A stretch of DNA of 64,000 bases from Bacilli bacterium. Its GTDB lineage: Bacteria; Bacillota_I; Bacilli_A; JBKEDG01. Position 1 is the stretch's first letter. Each line of letters begins with the position of its first letter. The notes beneath the pieces are model-generated. The model was given only the letters and a program-made list of their open reading frames with translations, was not told the origin of the DNA and ran no database searches. The stretch lies in the NCBI GenBank assembly GCA_047975285.1, contig JBKEDG010000061.1, positions 8,808 to 72,807 of the forward strand, in the 5' to 3' direction. Shown piece after piece: positions 10,220 through 19,141 of this stretch. Both the position numbers and the translations under genes were made by a program.

Positions 10220-10248
10220 ATAATAACACAAACAAATGTTCGTGTAAA
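10220..10248 (-). promoter_or_regulatory. sigma-A-type promoter of the small SOS gene: -35 TTTACA (10243-10248), 17-nt spacer containing LexA box 1, -10 TATTAT (10220-10225)
   Basis: Read on the minus strand: TTTACA-cgaacatttgtttgtgt-TATTAT, followed by GAGGTGA RBS and ATG. Confidence 0.55.
10229..10242. promoter_or_regulatory. LexA operator (Cheo box) 1: caaacaaatgttcg (reverse complement CGAACATTTGTTTG)
   Basis: Matches Firmicute LexA consensus CGAACnnnnGTTCG with one mismatch; an identical 14-mer in opposite orientation lies 28 bp away. Confidence 0.7.
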
Positions 10249-10256
10249 GTATTCTG

Positions 10257-10270
10257 CGAACATTTGTTTG
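10257..10270. promoter_or_regulatory. LexA operator (Cheo box) 2: CGAACATTTGTTTG, overlapping the lexA -35
   Basis: Same 14-mer as box 1, inverted; overlaps TTGATT -35 (10268-10273) of the lexA promoter, with -10 TATAAT at 10291-10296 and AAGGAG RBS. Confidence 0.7.
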
Positions 10271-10316
10271 ATTTTATTAAATTTTTGTAGTATAATAAAT
10301 TTAAGGAGTTGATATA

Positions 10317-10937
10317 ATGAAAGCATTAACAGCAAAACAAAAACCAATCTATGAATTTATCAAAGAATATATAGAAAAAAAATCGTATCCACCTACTGTT
10401 AGAGAAATTGCGAAAGGAGTAAATTTATCTTCCACTTCTACTGTACATACTCACTTAAAAAATTTAGTAGCATTAGGATATATAAAAATGAACTCTTCAA
10501 AGAATAGAACTATTGAGATAGTTGAACAAAATTCTTCAGAAAAACTACCACTAAATAATATAGTTACTGTTCCTATTTTAGGAGTTGTAACAGCAGGGAA
10601 TCCTATTGAAGCAATAGAGAACCCTGACGACTATATTGATTTACCAAGTTATTTAATACCTAATAAATCTGAAGTTTTTACATTAAATGTAAAGGGAGAT
10701 AGTATGATCAATATAGGTGTATTTGATGGAGATATTGCAATTATAGAAAAAACTTCTAATGTACGTAATGGTGATCATGTTGTAGCAATGACTTCAGATT
10801 TTGAGGTTACTCTTAAAACATTTTATAAAGAAAAAAAGCACTTTCGTTTACAACCACAAAACGATTCTCTAGATCCAATTATATTATCTGAAGTTCAAGT
10901 TATTGGAAAATTAATTGGACTTTATAGAAAATACTAA
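10317..10937 (+). CDS. lexA: LexA repressor
   Basis: 206 aa; N-terminal wHTH (PPTVREIAKGVNLSSTSTVHTHLKNLVALGYI), Ala-Gly cleavage site (VTAGNPIEA), S24 peptidase Ser/Lys (GDSMINIG ... LKTFYKE). Confidence 0.95.
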   Translation: MKALTAKQKPIYEFIKEYIEKKSYPPTVREIAKGVNLSSTSTVHTHLKNLVALGYIKMNSSKNRTIEIVEQNSSEKLPLNNIVTVPILGVVTAGNPIEAIENPDDYIDLPSYLIPNKSEVFTLNVKGDSMINIGVFDGDIAIIEKTSNVRNGDHVVAMTSDFEVTLKTFYKEKKHFRLQPQNDSLDPIILSEVQVIGKLIGLYRKY

Positions 10938-10993
10938 TGAAAATATTTAACTAATTATTAATTTATGTTAATATATTAACAGGGGGAATTAAT

Positions 10994-11359
10994 ATGATTA
11001 AAGAATTTAAAGAGTTTATCAATCGCGGTAATGTTGTTGATCTTGCTATTGCATTTATAATGGGAGGTAGTTTTAGCCTTATTATTACTTCATTAGTAAA
11101 TGATATTGTAATGCCAATTGTTTCATTAATATTTGGAGGGTTTGATTTTTCAACTCTTATTATTAAAATTAATGGAGCAACTATAAACATTGGTCTGTTT
11201 ATACAAAATATTGTAAATTTTATAATAATTGCATTTATCATGTTTCTACTTGTCAGACAAATTAATTCAAGAAAGAAGTCTGAAGTTAGTGATGATGTTT
11301 TGGAAATTGATCCACAGGTAAAATTACTTGAAGAAATAAAAGACTTGTTAAAAAAATAA
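10994..11359 (+). CDS. mscL: large-conductance mechanosensitive channel
   Basis: 121 aa; MIKEFKEFINRGNVVDLAIAFIMGGSFSLIITSLVNDIVMP is the canonical MscL N-terminus and TM1. Confidence 0.9.
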   Translation: MIKEFKEFINRGNVVDLAIAFIMGGSFSLIITSLVNDIVMPIVSLIFGGFDFSTLIIKINGATINIGLFIQNIVNFIIIAFIMFLLVRQINSRKKSEVSDDVLEIDPQVKLLEEIKDLLKK

Positions 11360-11407
11360 AAATATTTATTTTATAACGTAACAAATCCTATAGATTATAC
11401 TGTATAT

Positions 11408-11447
11408 AAAAAAAATGATTAAAAATTGATATTGTAATCATTTTTTT
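11408..11447. terminator. bidirectional intrinsic terminator between mscL (+) and glmS (-)
   Basis: A8 - aatgatta (11414-11421) - 13-nt loop - taatcatt (11435-11442) - T7; flanked by A-run and T-run so it can act in both orientations; AT-rich stem, moderate strength. Confidence 0.5.
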
Positions 11448-11453
11448 ATAATT

Positions 11454-13235
11454 TTATTCAACAGTAACAGATTTAGCTAAGTTCCTTGGCATATCAATAT
11501 CTTTTTCAAGATATAGAGATGTATAATAAGAAATTAATTGCATATATACAACAGAAACTAATGGCGCTAATTCGTCACAAACTTCTGGGAATACTAAGTC
11601 ATCTCCATCTTTAGCATACTTACCATTAACAATAGTAATTACATTTGCTCCTCTTGATTCAACTTCCATTATATTACTTCTAGTATTTAAAGCTAAATCA
11701 CCTTGAGTAATCAAAAATATTGTAGGTGTACCTTCCTCAATCAACGCTATTGTACCATGCTTCAATTCTCCTGAACTCATTCCTTCAGTATGAATATATG
11801 AAATTTCTTTTAATTTAAGCGCACCTTCTAAAGACGTTTTGTAATCAACTCCTCTACCAAGTACAAAACAATGTTCGCAAGTTAGCAAAGACTTTTTTAC
11901 AATTTGTGAAACTTGTTCCTTATTCTCTAAAACACTTTCTATTACGGAAGCCACTTTGCTAAGTTGCGAATATAAATCAAACTCTCTATTACTTAAACTA
12001 TATCCTAATATTGCAAGTGTTGTAACTTGTGCAATAAACGCTTTTGTTGAAGCAACGGCAATCTCTCTTCCAGCATACAGAAATAAAGTTTTTTCTGTTT
12101 CTCTTGATAAAGTTGAACCTTCAACATTTGTAATAGTAACTGTTTTTAAGCCTTGTTCCTTTACTTTAACAAGCGCAGCGCGTAAATCTGCAGTTTCACC
12201 ACTTTGTGAAATAAAGATACACAAATCATCCTTATCAAGCAGTGGCATATCATATGTGAACTCACTTGCAATATGAACTAATACACTTTTTTTAATAAAT
12301 TTTTCTAACAATGATTGGTTAACTAACCCTGAATAATAGGATGTTCCTGCTGCAATTATTCTAATAGCTTTAGCGTTTTTAACCATTTCAATGATTTCTT
12401 GATCGATATTAACTTTACCATTAGGTAAATATTTAGCAATTAACCCTCTTATTACTGATGACTGATCATGGATTTCCTTCAACATATAATGATCATAAAT
12501 TCCCTTTTCACTTTCACTTGCATCAATAGAAATACTGAATTTTTCACGTTTAACTTCAGTACCATTTTTGTCATATAAAACAACATCATCTTTTGTGATA
12601 ACACCATATTCTTTATCATTAATTTCTAAAACATTAGATGTTTTAGCGTACATAGCAAGCGCATCAGAACCAAGCATATTAAATCCATCTCCAATTCCCA
12701 CCAAAATGGGACTTTTATTCTTTGCAACATATAATTTATTATCATAGTCTTTATTGACTACTGCTAAAGCATAACTTCCATCAACTACATCAATAAGTTT
12801 TTCTAAAGAGTCCTCCATGCTTAATCCTGATTCAATAAATTTTTCCATAAGATTTGATAAAACTTCTGTGTCAGTTTGACTATAAAATTTACAATCTTGT
12901 AAATACTTATCTTTAATTTCATTATAGTTTTCAATAACTCCATTATGCACTAATACAATCTGTTTATTTTGACCATGATGTGGATGTGAATTACATTCAT
13001 TTGGAACTCCATGAGTAGCCCATCTTGTATGACCTATAACAAGATTCGATTTTTGATCATTTATTTTTTTCTCTAAGTTCAATATCTTACCAACGCTTTT
13101 AATTATGTTAACATCACCATTTTTAAAATAAGCAATTCCTGCAGAATCATAACCTCTGTACTCCAACTTTTTTAAGCCATTTATTACAATTTCTGTTGCA
13201 TTATCATTTCCAATATATCCAACAATTCCACACAT
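11454..13235 (-). CDS. glmS: glutamine--fructose-6-phosphate aminotransferase
   Basis: 593 aa; N-terminal MCGIVGYIG (Ntn Cys1) and two SIS domains; ATG lies 1 nt after the glmM stop, with the RBS inside glmM. Confidence 0.95.
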   Translation of the reverse strand: MCGIVGYIGNDNATEIVINGLKKLEYRGYDSAGIAYFKNGDVNIIKSVGKILNLEKKINDQKSNLVIGHTRWATHGVPNECNSHPHHGQNKQIVLVHNGVIENYNEIKDKYLQDCKFYSQTDTEVLSNLMEKFIESGLSMEDSLEKLIDVVDGSYALAVVNKDYDNKLYVAKNKSPILVGIGDGFNMLGSDALAMYAKTSNVLEINDKEYGVITKDDVVLYDKNGTEVKREKFSISIDASESEKGIYDHYMLKEIHDQSSVIRGLIAKYLPNGKVNIDQEIIEMVKNAKAIRIIAAGTSYYSGLVNQSLLEKFIKKSVLVHIASEFTYDMPLLDKDDLCIFISQSGETADLRAALVKVKEQGLKTVTITNVEGSTLSRETEKTLFLYAGREIAVASTKAFIAQVTTLAILGYSLSNREFDLYSQLSKVASVIESVLENKEQVSQIVKKSLLTCEHCFVLGRGVDYKTSLEGALKLKEISYIHTEGMSSGELKHGTIALIEEGTPTIFLITQGDLALNTRSNIMEVESRGANVITIVNGKYAKDGDDLVFPEVCDELAPLVSVVYMQLISYYTSLYLEKDIDMPRNLAKSVTVE

Positions 13236-13236
13236 T

Positions 13237-14574
13237 TTAATTCACCTTCTCGTTTAATTCTCTAATCGTCTCTGAAATGGAATTAGAATACTCAATACAA
13301 TTTTTTCCATCTTCACACTCAACTAAAACTCTTATCATTTGTTCAGTTCCACTTGCACGAACAAGAACTCTTCCAGAATCTTCTAAAATATTTTCAACTC
13401 TTCTAATCTCTTCTAACACAGATCTATGATTAAGAGAATAGTCTTTATCTATAACTTTAACATTGACTAACACACTTGGATATTTATTTATCGATTTTAT
13501 TAAATTTTGCAAAGAATTCCCAGATTTTTTAAAATAGTCAAGTACTTGTAAAGCAACTAAAATTCCATCTCCACTTGGGGCATAATCTTTCAAAATAATA
13601 TGTCCACTCGTTTCTCCACCAAGATTTAAATTGTATTTGTCCAATGCATGGCTGACATATTTATCTCCCACATCAGTAATTTTAACATCAACATTTAATT
13701 CATTTTTCAAATTATTTATAACACCTAAGTTTGACATGGTAGTTAACGCAATAGCATTGTTAACTAATTTATTCTCATCTAAATACTTTTTAACAAGGAT
13801 ATAAATTATATAATCTCCATCAATATCATTCCCATCTCCATCAACAAAAATTATGCGATCAGCATCTCCATCAAAAGCAATACCAAAATGTGCTTTTTCT
13901 TCAACAACAACTTCCGAAAGATTCTTTGTATTTGTCGATCCACATCGGTCATTAATATTTAGACCGTTGGGTTCATTATTAATGTAAATAACATCTTTCA
14001 TAAAGGTATTAAATACAATTGGAGCCACGTAACTAGATGCACCATTAGCACAATCAATAACTACCTTAAAGTCAAAACTATCTACACTAACAGTATCTAC
14101 AAGCATTTCAATATAATCGCTTTTTGCAACTTCAAGGTCATACACTCTTCCAATTCTACCAGCGATCTTACGACTTATTTCTATTTCTCCATCAATAAAT
14201 TTTTCAATTTTTTCTTCTAACTCGCTACTAATTTTTTTCCCATCACTATCAACTACCTTAATTCCATTATCTATTACAGGGTTATGACTTGCAGAAATTA
14301 CTATTCCATAATCTGCGTTATGTTTCTTTACAATATAATTTACTGCCGGAGTAGGTAAAACACCAACTCTATAAACATCTCCACCCGATGCAGTAATCCC
14401 TGCTACAACAGCAGATTCCAACATATCTCCAGATATTCTAGAATCTTTACCAATAACTACCTTCTTTTTCAAATCAGAAGTTTCTCCAATTACTCTTCCT
14501 AATTCAAAAGCTATTTCAGGAGTTAGCATTTCATTAGCAACTCCCCTAATTCCATCTGTTCCAAAATATTTCAT
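13237..14574 (-). CDS. glmM: phosphoglucosamine mutase
   Basis: 445 aa; MKYFGTDGIRGVAN N-terminus and active-site SASHNP (phosphoserine loop). Confidence 0.95.
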   Translation of the reverse strand: MKYFGTDGIRGVANEMLTPEIAFELGRVIGETSDLKKKVVIGKDSRISGDMLESAVVAGITASGGDVYRVGVLPTPAVNYIVKKHNADYGIVISASHNPVIDNGIKVVDSDGKKISSELEEKIEKFIDGEIEISRKIAGRIGRVYDLEVAKSDYIEMLVDTVSVDSFDFKVVIDCANGASSYVAPIVFNTFMKDVIYINNEPNGLNINDRCGSTNTKNLSEVVVEEKAHFGIAFDGDADRIIFVDGDGNDIDGDYIIYILVKKYLDENKLVNNAIALTTMSNLGVINNLKNELNVDVKITDVGDKYVSHALDKYNLNLGGETSGHIILKDYAPSGDGILVALQVLDYFKKSGNSLQNLIKSINKYPSVLVNVKVIDKDYSLNHRSVLEEIRRVENILEDSGRVLVRASGTEQMIRVLVECEDGKNCIEYSNSISETIRELNEKVN

Positions 14575-14589
14575 ACTTATATTCCACCT

Positions 14590-15951
14590 CTACGACTTTG
14601 ATAATTCAACTATCACTTTCTCTTTACTCAGGCTATATTTAACCCTACTGTCTAACCCCGAGACTTTTACTTTTACTGAGTGTTTACCAGAAGTTAAATC
14701 AATCAAATCAACTTCTAACATAATATCTTCAGCATCAATTTCCCTTAATACAGAGTCAGCTCCGCTCAATTCAACCGATAAAAGCAACTCACCATCAGGC
14801 GACTGTACCGAGTATCCATTTGGAGCATTGATAGACTGTACAGGAACATTTTTTATTGTTTTCTTGCTAGTCTTATCATAAGTTAATTTAACAGTTACCT
14901 TTGTCTCAGAAAGTGAAATGACATCGTCTGGTTTAGGGATAGTTAATGTAATTGAATTAGTAGACTTAACATCCCCTAAATCTACGTCAATTTTCAATTC
15001 ATTTATTGAGTTTAAACTGTCTTTATCGCCATAGATATACACTTCCTCAGTGCTAAGTTCGTATGAACTTACACTCTGCCCATCAGGCAAATCACCCATA
15101 AAATTGACAACAATAGGCACTGACTTCCCATAATCAGTAGCAACTACAGTCGCTTTTTTCTCTTTAACACTTACATCTACATTTACAGTTTCTCCAGTTA
15201 CATTATAAGCACGATAAGTAATTGCATCTTTGCCCAATTCAACAGTACCAGGTGATGAAATAGATTCTACATTTACAAGTGCCTTTAGACTGGCCACGCT
15301 CTCAACTTTTTCTCTACTTCCACTAATTTGTGCTCCGCCTGATAATGAAATACTCTCAACAGTAAGATTGTTACCCATTTTATCAACGTTCACTGCTTCA
15401 ACGTCTATTTTTAAATCATCTCTAACAACCTTTTTATGGGCTACAATTTTAAAACTTGAAGGCGAAGAACTAATAACGATATTATCTCCAACATTTTCTA
15501 CAGAAACTTGCATATCTTTTGATTCTCCATCTTTAACAGCAGATGTATCAATAAAGAATTTATTTTCCTTATTATTAATCATCTTAATTACTTCATTTCT
15601 AGGTCCTTTGACAATTAAGTCAGCATAAATAATATCACTACTAAGTTGTTTATTAGTTTGATCAAAAACTTCAATAACCTTCGCCTTATCATTATTTACT
15701 ATTTCAATCTTTACATTTTCTAAAGTTCGAGTTTCTAAATTTTTTAATTCTAATTGACTTGGTAAGTCAATTACATATATATATAAAAGACTTGCTGAAA
15801 TAATTGAAATAATAACTAGCATAATATTCTTTGAAAATAACAAATCTATCATCCCACCAATTGATCTAAAAAACCTTGTAAAAAAATTAAATTTAATTAT
15901 TTTTTTTGATTTGTTTATAGGATCTTTTGACTTCTTACTCATCATTATCAC
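14590..15951 (-). CDS. cdaR: CdaA regulatory protein CdaR (YbbR-like repeats)
   Basis: 453 aa; N-terminal TM anchor then repeated YbbR-like beta-rich modules; sits between cdaA and glmM as in the conserved cdaA-cdaR-glmM operon. Confidence 0.8.
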   Translation of the reverse strand: MIMMSKKSKDPINKSKKIIKFNFFTRFFRSIGGMIDLLFSKNIMLVIISIISASLLYIYVIDLPSQLELKNLETRTLENVKIEIVNNDKAKVIEVFDQTNKQLSSDIIYADLIVKGPRNEVIKMINNKENKFFIDTSAVKDGESKDMQVSVENVGDNIVISSSPSSFKIVAHKKVVRDDLKIDVEAVNVDKMGNNLTVESISLSGGAQISGSREKVESVASLKALVNVESISSPGTVELGKDAITYRAYNVTGETVNVDVSVKEKKATVVATDYGKSVPIVVNFMGDLPDGQSVSSYELSTEEVYIYGDKDSLNSINELKIDVDLGDVKSTNSITLTIPKPDDVISLSETKVTVKLTYDKTSKKTIKNVPVQSINAPNGYSVQSPDGELLLSVELSGADSVLREIDAEDIMLEVDLIDLTSGKHSVKVKVSGLDSRVKYSLSKEKVIVELSKS

Positions 15952-16882
15952 TTCCCCCTACAATCTTATCAATATCATCGAAATCGTCGTTTGGAAAACT
16001 CGAGATTATCATATCATTATCCTTTTGATTTAAATCATATTCACTCTCATAATTTTCTTCATGAATACTAATTAGTTTTTCTTCTTCTACATACTCATTG
16101 GACACTTCACCATCCAAATATAATTCTCGTAATTTCTCTTCCATTTCATTTAATGTTAAATCATAGAATATAACTCCTAAGTGTGTTACTGAAATAGTAC
16201 CAGTTTCTTCACTTACGACTAAAGTAATACAATCACTTATTTCACTTATTCCAATACTTGCACGATGTCTTGTACCAAAACTTTCTCCAACAAGCGGATT
16301 ATGCGTTATAGGATAATATGCCTTAGCGCAGGCAATTTTATTACCTTGAATAATAACAGCCCCATCGTGTAAAGGTGAATCAGTAATAAACATGGAAATC
16401 AAAATCTCTGAAGTTACATCAGAAAACAAGTGATGACCTTTCGAAATAAACTCATATAAACTTTCATTTTGTTCTAAAGTTATAATTGCACCGATTTTCT
16501 TTGAAGAAAGTAAATTAACTGTCTGTTTTAATTCCTTAACAATTTTATCACGATCTGTCAAACTAAGGTCTCGATGTTTACCAAAGAACAATTTGTTTCT
16601 TCCAAGTTGTTCTAGTGCTTGACGTATTTCTGGATGGAAAATAATTATTACAATTATAAATCCATTTGCTAAAATATAACTAAGCAAATATTCGATTGTC
16701 GTAAGCTGTAAAACTTTAGCTACTTTCTGAAGTAATAAAACAACAATTATTCCTTTAAACAGCAACATCATTCTAGCATTGTTTTTTATCAATCTCAGTA
16801 ATAAATATATACCAATTGCAACAATTGACAAATCTAAAATTATTCTAATTATATCCCAAACTACAATTAAACTATCTGACAT
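15935..16882 (-). CDS. cdaA: diadenylate cyclase CdaA (c-di-AMP synthase) with an acidic C-terminal tail
   Basis: 315 aa; three N-terminal TM helices, DAC domain motifs DGAVII and RHRASIGISE; C-terminal ~60 aa are unusually acidic (EENYESEYDL...DDFDDID...DNDE). Confidence 0.9.
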   Translation of the reverse strand: MSDSLIVVWDIIRIILDLSIVAIGIYLLLRLIKNNARMMLLFKGIIVVLLLQKVAKVLQLTTIEYLLSYILANGFIIVIIIFHPEIRQALEQLGRNKLFFGKHRDLSLTDRDKIVKELKQTVNLLSSKKIGAIITLEQNESLYEFISKGHHLFSDVTSEILISMFITDSPLHDGAVIIQGNKIACAKAYYPITHNPLVGESFGTRHRASIGISEISDCITLVVSEETGTISVTHLGVIFYDLTLNEMEEKLRELYLDGEVSNEYVEEEKLISIHEENYESEYDLNQKDNDMIISSFPNDDFDDIDKIVGGSDNDE

Positions 16883-16894
16883 AAACTCACTCCT

Positions 16895-17452
16895 TTAAAT
16901 TATTTCTTCAAAATCAAAAATTGTATATAACTCTGTTTCATCAAGTTCTTTTAAAGCATCATATTCAGAAATAATTTGCGCAACTCTAGTACTTGCAGCT
17001 GCTGCAATTGCACCAACGATATCATCCAGAAACGTTGTACAGCGTTCATCACTTTGATCTATTTCTTTGATAATCCCCGGTTTGTTAACATCAATATCTC
17101 CAAAATTTGTTTCACCAATAACACCATAAATTCCAGCAATTGCTATTCCAAATATTTCATCCAATCCAAAAACACCCAGATCACTTTTAATAATCGTTTG
17201 AACTGGTTGTGATAGAATGTTTTCATTTGCTAAACGATCTAATTCTAATCCGACTTGAACAATATGAAAAATATCTCTAAGTGAAAGAACTTTATATACA
17301 CTTTCAAGACAAGTATCAAAACTAATATCTGCATTATACTTACTTTGCTGATTAAATGCAATTTTTGCAATATCTTCAGGAACAACTCCACATTTTCTTA
17401 ATGCCTTTACATTTAAACTAGTCATCTCCGAACGTGAAAATAAGTTTTTCAT
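16895..17452 (-). CDS. PgpA-family phosphatidylglycerophosphatase A-like protein (B. subtilis YutG homologue)
   Basis: 185 aa; PEDIAKIAFNQQSKY, GVFGLDEIFGIAIAGIYGVIGETNFG and TFLDDIVGAIAAAASTRVA track B. subtilis YutG (LEDIAELVYFLQSKY ... TFLDDIVGAISAAASSRLA) nearly position for position; AAGGAG RBS. Confidence 0.75.
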   Translation of the reverse strand: MKNLFSRSEMTSLNVKALRKCGVVPEDIAKIAFNQQSKYNADISFDTCLESVYKVLSLRDIFHIVQVGLELDRLANENILSQPVQTIIKSDLGVFGLDEIFGIAIAGIYGVIGETNFGDIDVNKPGIIKEIDQSDERCTTFLDDIVGAIAAAASTRVAQIISEYDALKELDETELYTIFDFEEII

Positions 17453-17522
17453 ATGTTTCTCCTTACTTAAATATATCTAAACTATAAATGTTTGTCTTTT
17501 GTATAAATTTGTATACTACCGT

Positions 17523-17551
17523 ATTATAACAAAAATTAACATAAAAGACAA
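17523..17551 (-). promoter_or_regulatory. sigma-A-type promoter for the pgpA-like/cdaA/cdaR/glmM/glmS operon: -35 TTGTCT (17546-17551), 17-nt spacer, -10 TATAAT (17523-17528)
   Basis: Minus strand reads TTGTCT-tttatgttaatttttgt-TATAAT, about 70 nt upstream of the ATG at 17452. Confidence 0.5.
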
Positions 17552-17648
17552 GTTTCTACATATCAATATTAATTCAAAGTTGAATTAGCCATCTGCATAA
17601 CATTTTATTAAACAATAATTGTAAAAAGTGAATTATGTGAATTATAAT

Positions 17649-17681
17649 AAAAAAGAACTTTCTATTATAATTAGAAAGTCC
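17649..17681 (-). terminator. intrinsic terminator after the HAL-like gene pair
   Basis: Plus strand aaaaaa-gaactttcta-ttataat-tagaaagtcc; on the minus strand a 9/10-bp stem followed by UUUUUU; 44 nt downstream of the stop at 17725. Confidence 0.6.
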
Positions 17682-17724
17682 TAAACTAATAATATCATTT
17701 AATCATATTTGATTATCGATACAT

Positions 17725-19140
17725 TTAATTAGACATAATATCAAGTAAAGCTTTTGACTTTAAAAAACTACTACTATCATCTTTTATCTTCTTTGTATAT
17801 AAATTATAAACTTGCTTTACATTATCACCTAAAGTATTATCACTTAAGCTTATTAACTTACAAGCAATATTCAATTCATTTTCCATGATGTTAAATAAAT
17901 TTCTCACAATTTTTGTTGTTTTTGTTGCCACATACTGAGTATTATTACCACGATCCTCTATATCACCTGCCACTGCAATAAAATCAAGCGACCCTGGGTT
18001 AGATAAAAATCTAATTTCATTATACAATTTTGAATTCATCATTTCTACTGATTCTAAAACATTAGCTTCTGCTTCTAATTCAATACTGCGATAACAAGAA
18101 AGTTTTGCTACATGATTCAATAATTGTCCCAATTCTTCTAATGCAAGTACCCAATTTATTGTTTCAAAATTACAACATGAAATTATGCGTCTCTCCTCTA
18201 ATAACAAACAAGGATTATCATCGCTAGAGTTTAATTGTATTGTCAATAATTCTTCCAAATTATTTAGAGCATCAATTGCAGCAGCATTAACACTTAACCC
18301 ATTCTTAAAAGCAAACGGAAGATTGGTTTTTGAACTACTCGACAACAACTCCCTATTAGCTAGATGTTTCTTAACATCTGTAGCATAATTGTAAGTACCA
18401 TAATTACCCTGATTAGTTAAAAGCATATCAATTTCCAAATTTGAACAGTTATATCCATCAAAAGAGGTTGCTAAAAGTAAAGAAGAAATTTTAAGTAAAT
18501 CTTTCGCTTCTTTTAACATTAAAGCAGCTAGTCCAGCCCCAAAAGCATTAGAACTAATTATAGCAAGTCCATCTTTAGGTCCAAGATCAACTATTTTCAA
18601 TCCTGATTTATAAATTGCATCTTTTGCAAGCATAACTTCACCATTATAATATACCTCACCTCTTCCAAGCATCGCAAGCCCAATGTGAGGAATATTAGTA
18701 ATATCACCAACCCCAACACTACCACTTCTAGGAATCAAAGGCGAAATTCCTTTGTTAATAAAGTCTACATATGCATCGATGACATCTAAACTTGCTCCAG
18801 TACATCCTGATAAGAATCCTCCCAATCTACACAACATTACCGCTCTAACTTCTATATCATTTAAAACTTCACCTGCACAAACACAGTGTGATAAAACCAT
18901 TTGTGTATTATATTCTTGAAAATATTCTTCAAAAATATCTTGATCTTTATTCCAACCAACCCCAGTATTAAATCCATATATTTGCACACCTTCATCAACT
19001 AAATCAAAAACAAGTTGTCTTGCTTCAACAAGTTTTTGGCGGGTATTTGAATCAATTTCTACTTTAACACTATGATCATGTGCAATTCTTGAAACCAATT
19101 CAATAGTAAGATTTTTCCCATCTAAAGTTACTATACTCAT
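17725..19140 (-). CDS. aromatic-amino-acid-lyase-fold (HAL/PAL family) protein lacking the MIO-forming Ala-Ser-Gly triad; candidate trimethylamine-lyase (ergothionase-like)
   Basis: 471 aa; HAL-like N-terminus (MSIVTLDGKNLTIELVSRI..., IYGFNTGVG); at the MIO position reads RSGSVG-VGDITNIPHIGLAMLGRGE versus HAL [23 protein letters not shown] (Ala deleted, Ser->Val); AGGAGGTG RBS; 1-nt gap after upstream paralogue. Confidence 0.7.
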   Translation of the reverse strand: MSIVTLDGKNLTIELVSRIAHDHSVKVEIDSNTRQKLVEARQLVFDLVDEGVQIYGFNTGVGWNKDQDIFEEYFQEYNTQMVLSHCVCAGEVLNDIEVRAVMLCRLGGFLSGCTGASLDVIDAYVDFINKGISPLIPRSGSVGVGDITNIPHIGLAMLGRGEVYYNGEVMLAKDAIYKSGLKIVDLGPKDGLAIISSNAFGAGLAALMLKEAKDLLKISSLLLATSFDGYNCSNLEIDMLLTNQGNYGTYNYATDVKKHLANRELLSSSSKTNLPFAFKNGLSVNAAAIDALNNLEELLTIQLNSSDDNPCLLLEERRIISCCNFETINWVLALEELGQLLNHVAKLSCYRSIELEAEANVLESVEMMNSKLYNEIRFLSNPGSLDFIAVAGDIEDRGNNTQYVATKTTKIVRNLFNIMENELNIACKLISLSDNTLGDNVKQVYNLYTKKIKDDSSSFLKSKALLDIMSN

Positions 19141-19141
19141 C

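Noticed and set aside
13235-13500. Expected glmS ribozyme upstream of glmS
   Set aside because: There is a 1-nt gap between glmM stop and glmS start, so no 5' UTR exists. The absence is reported as a finding, not the element.
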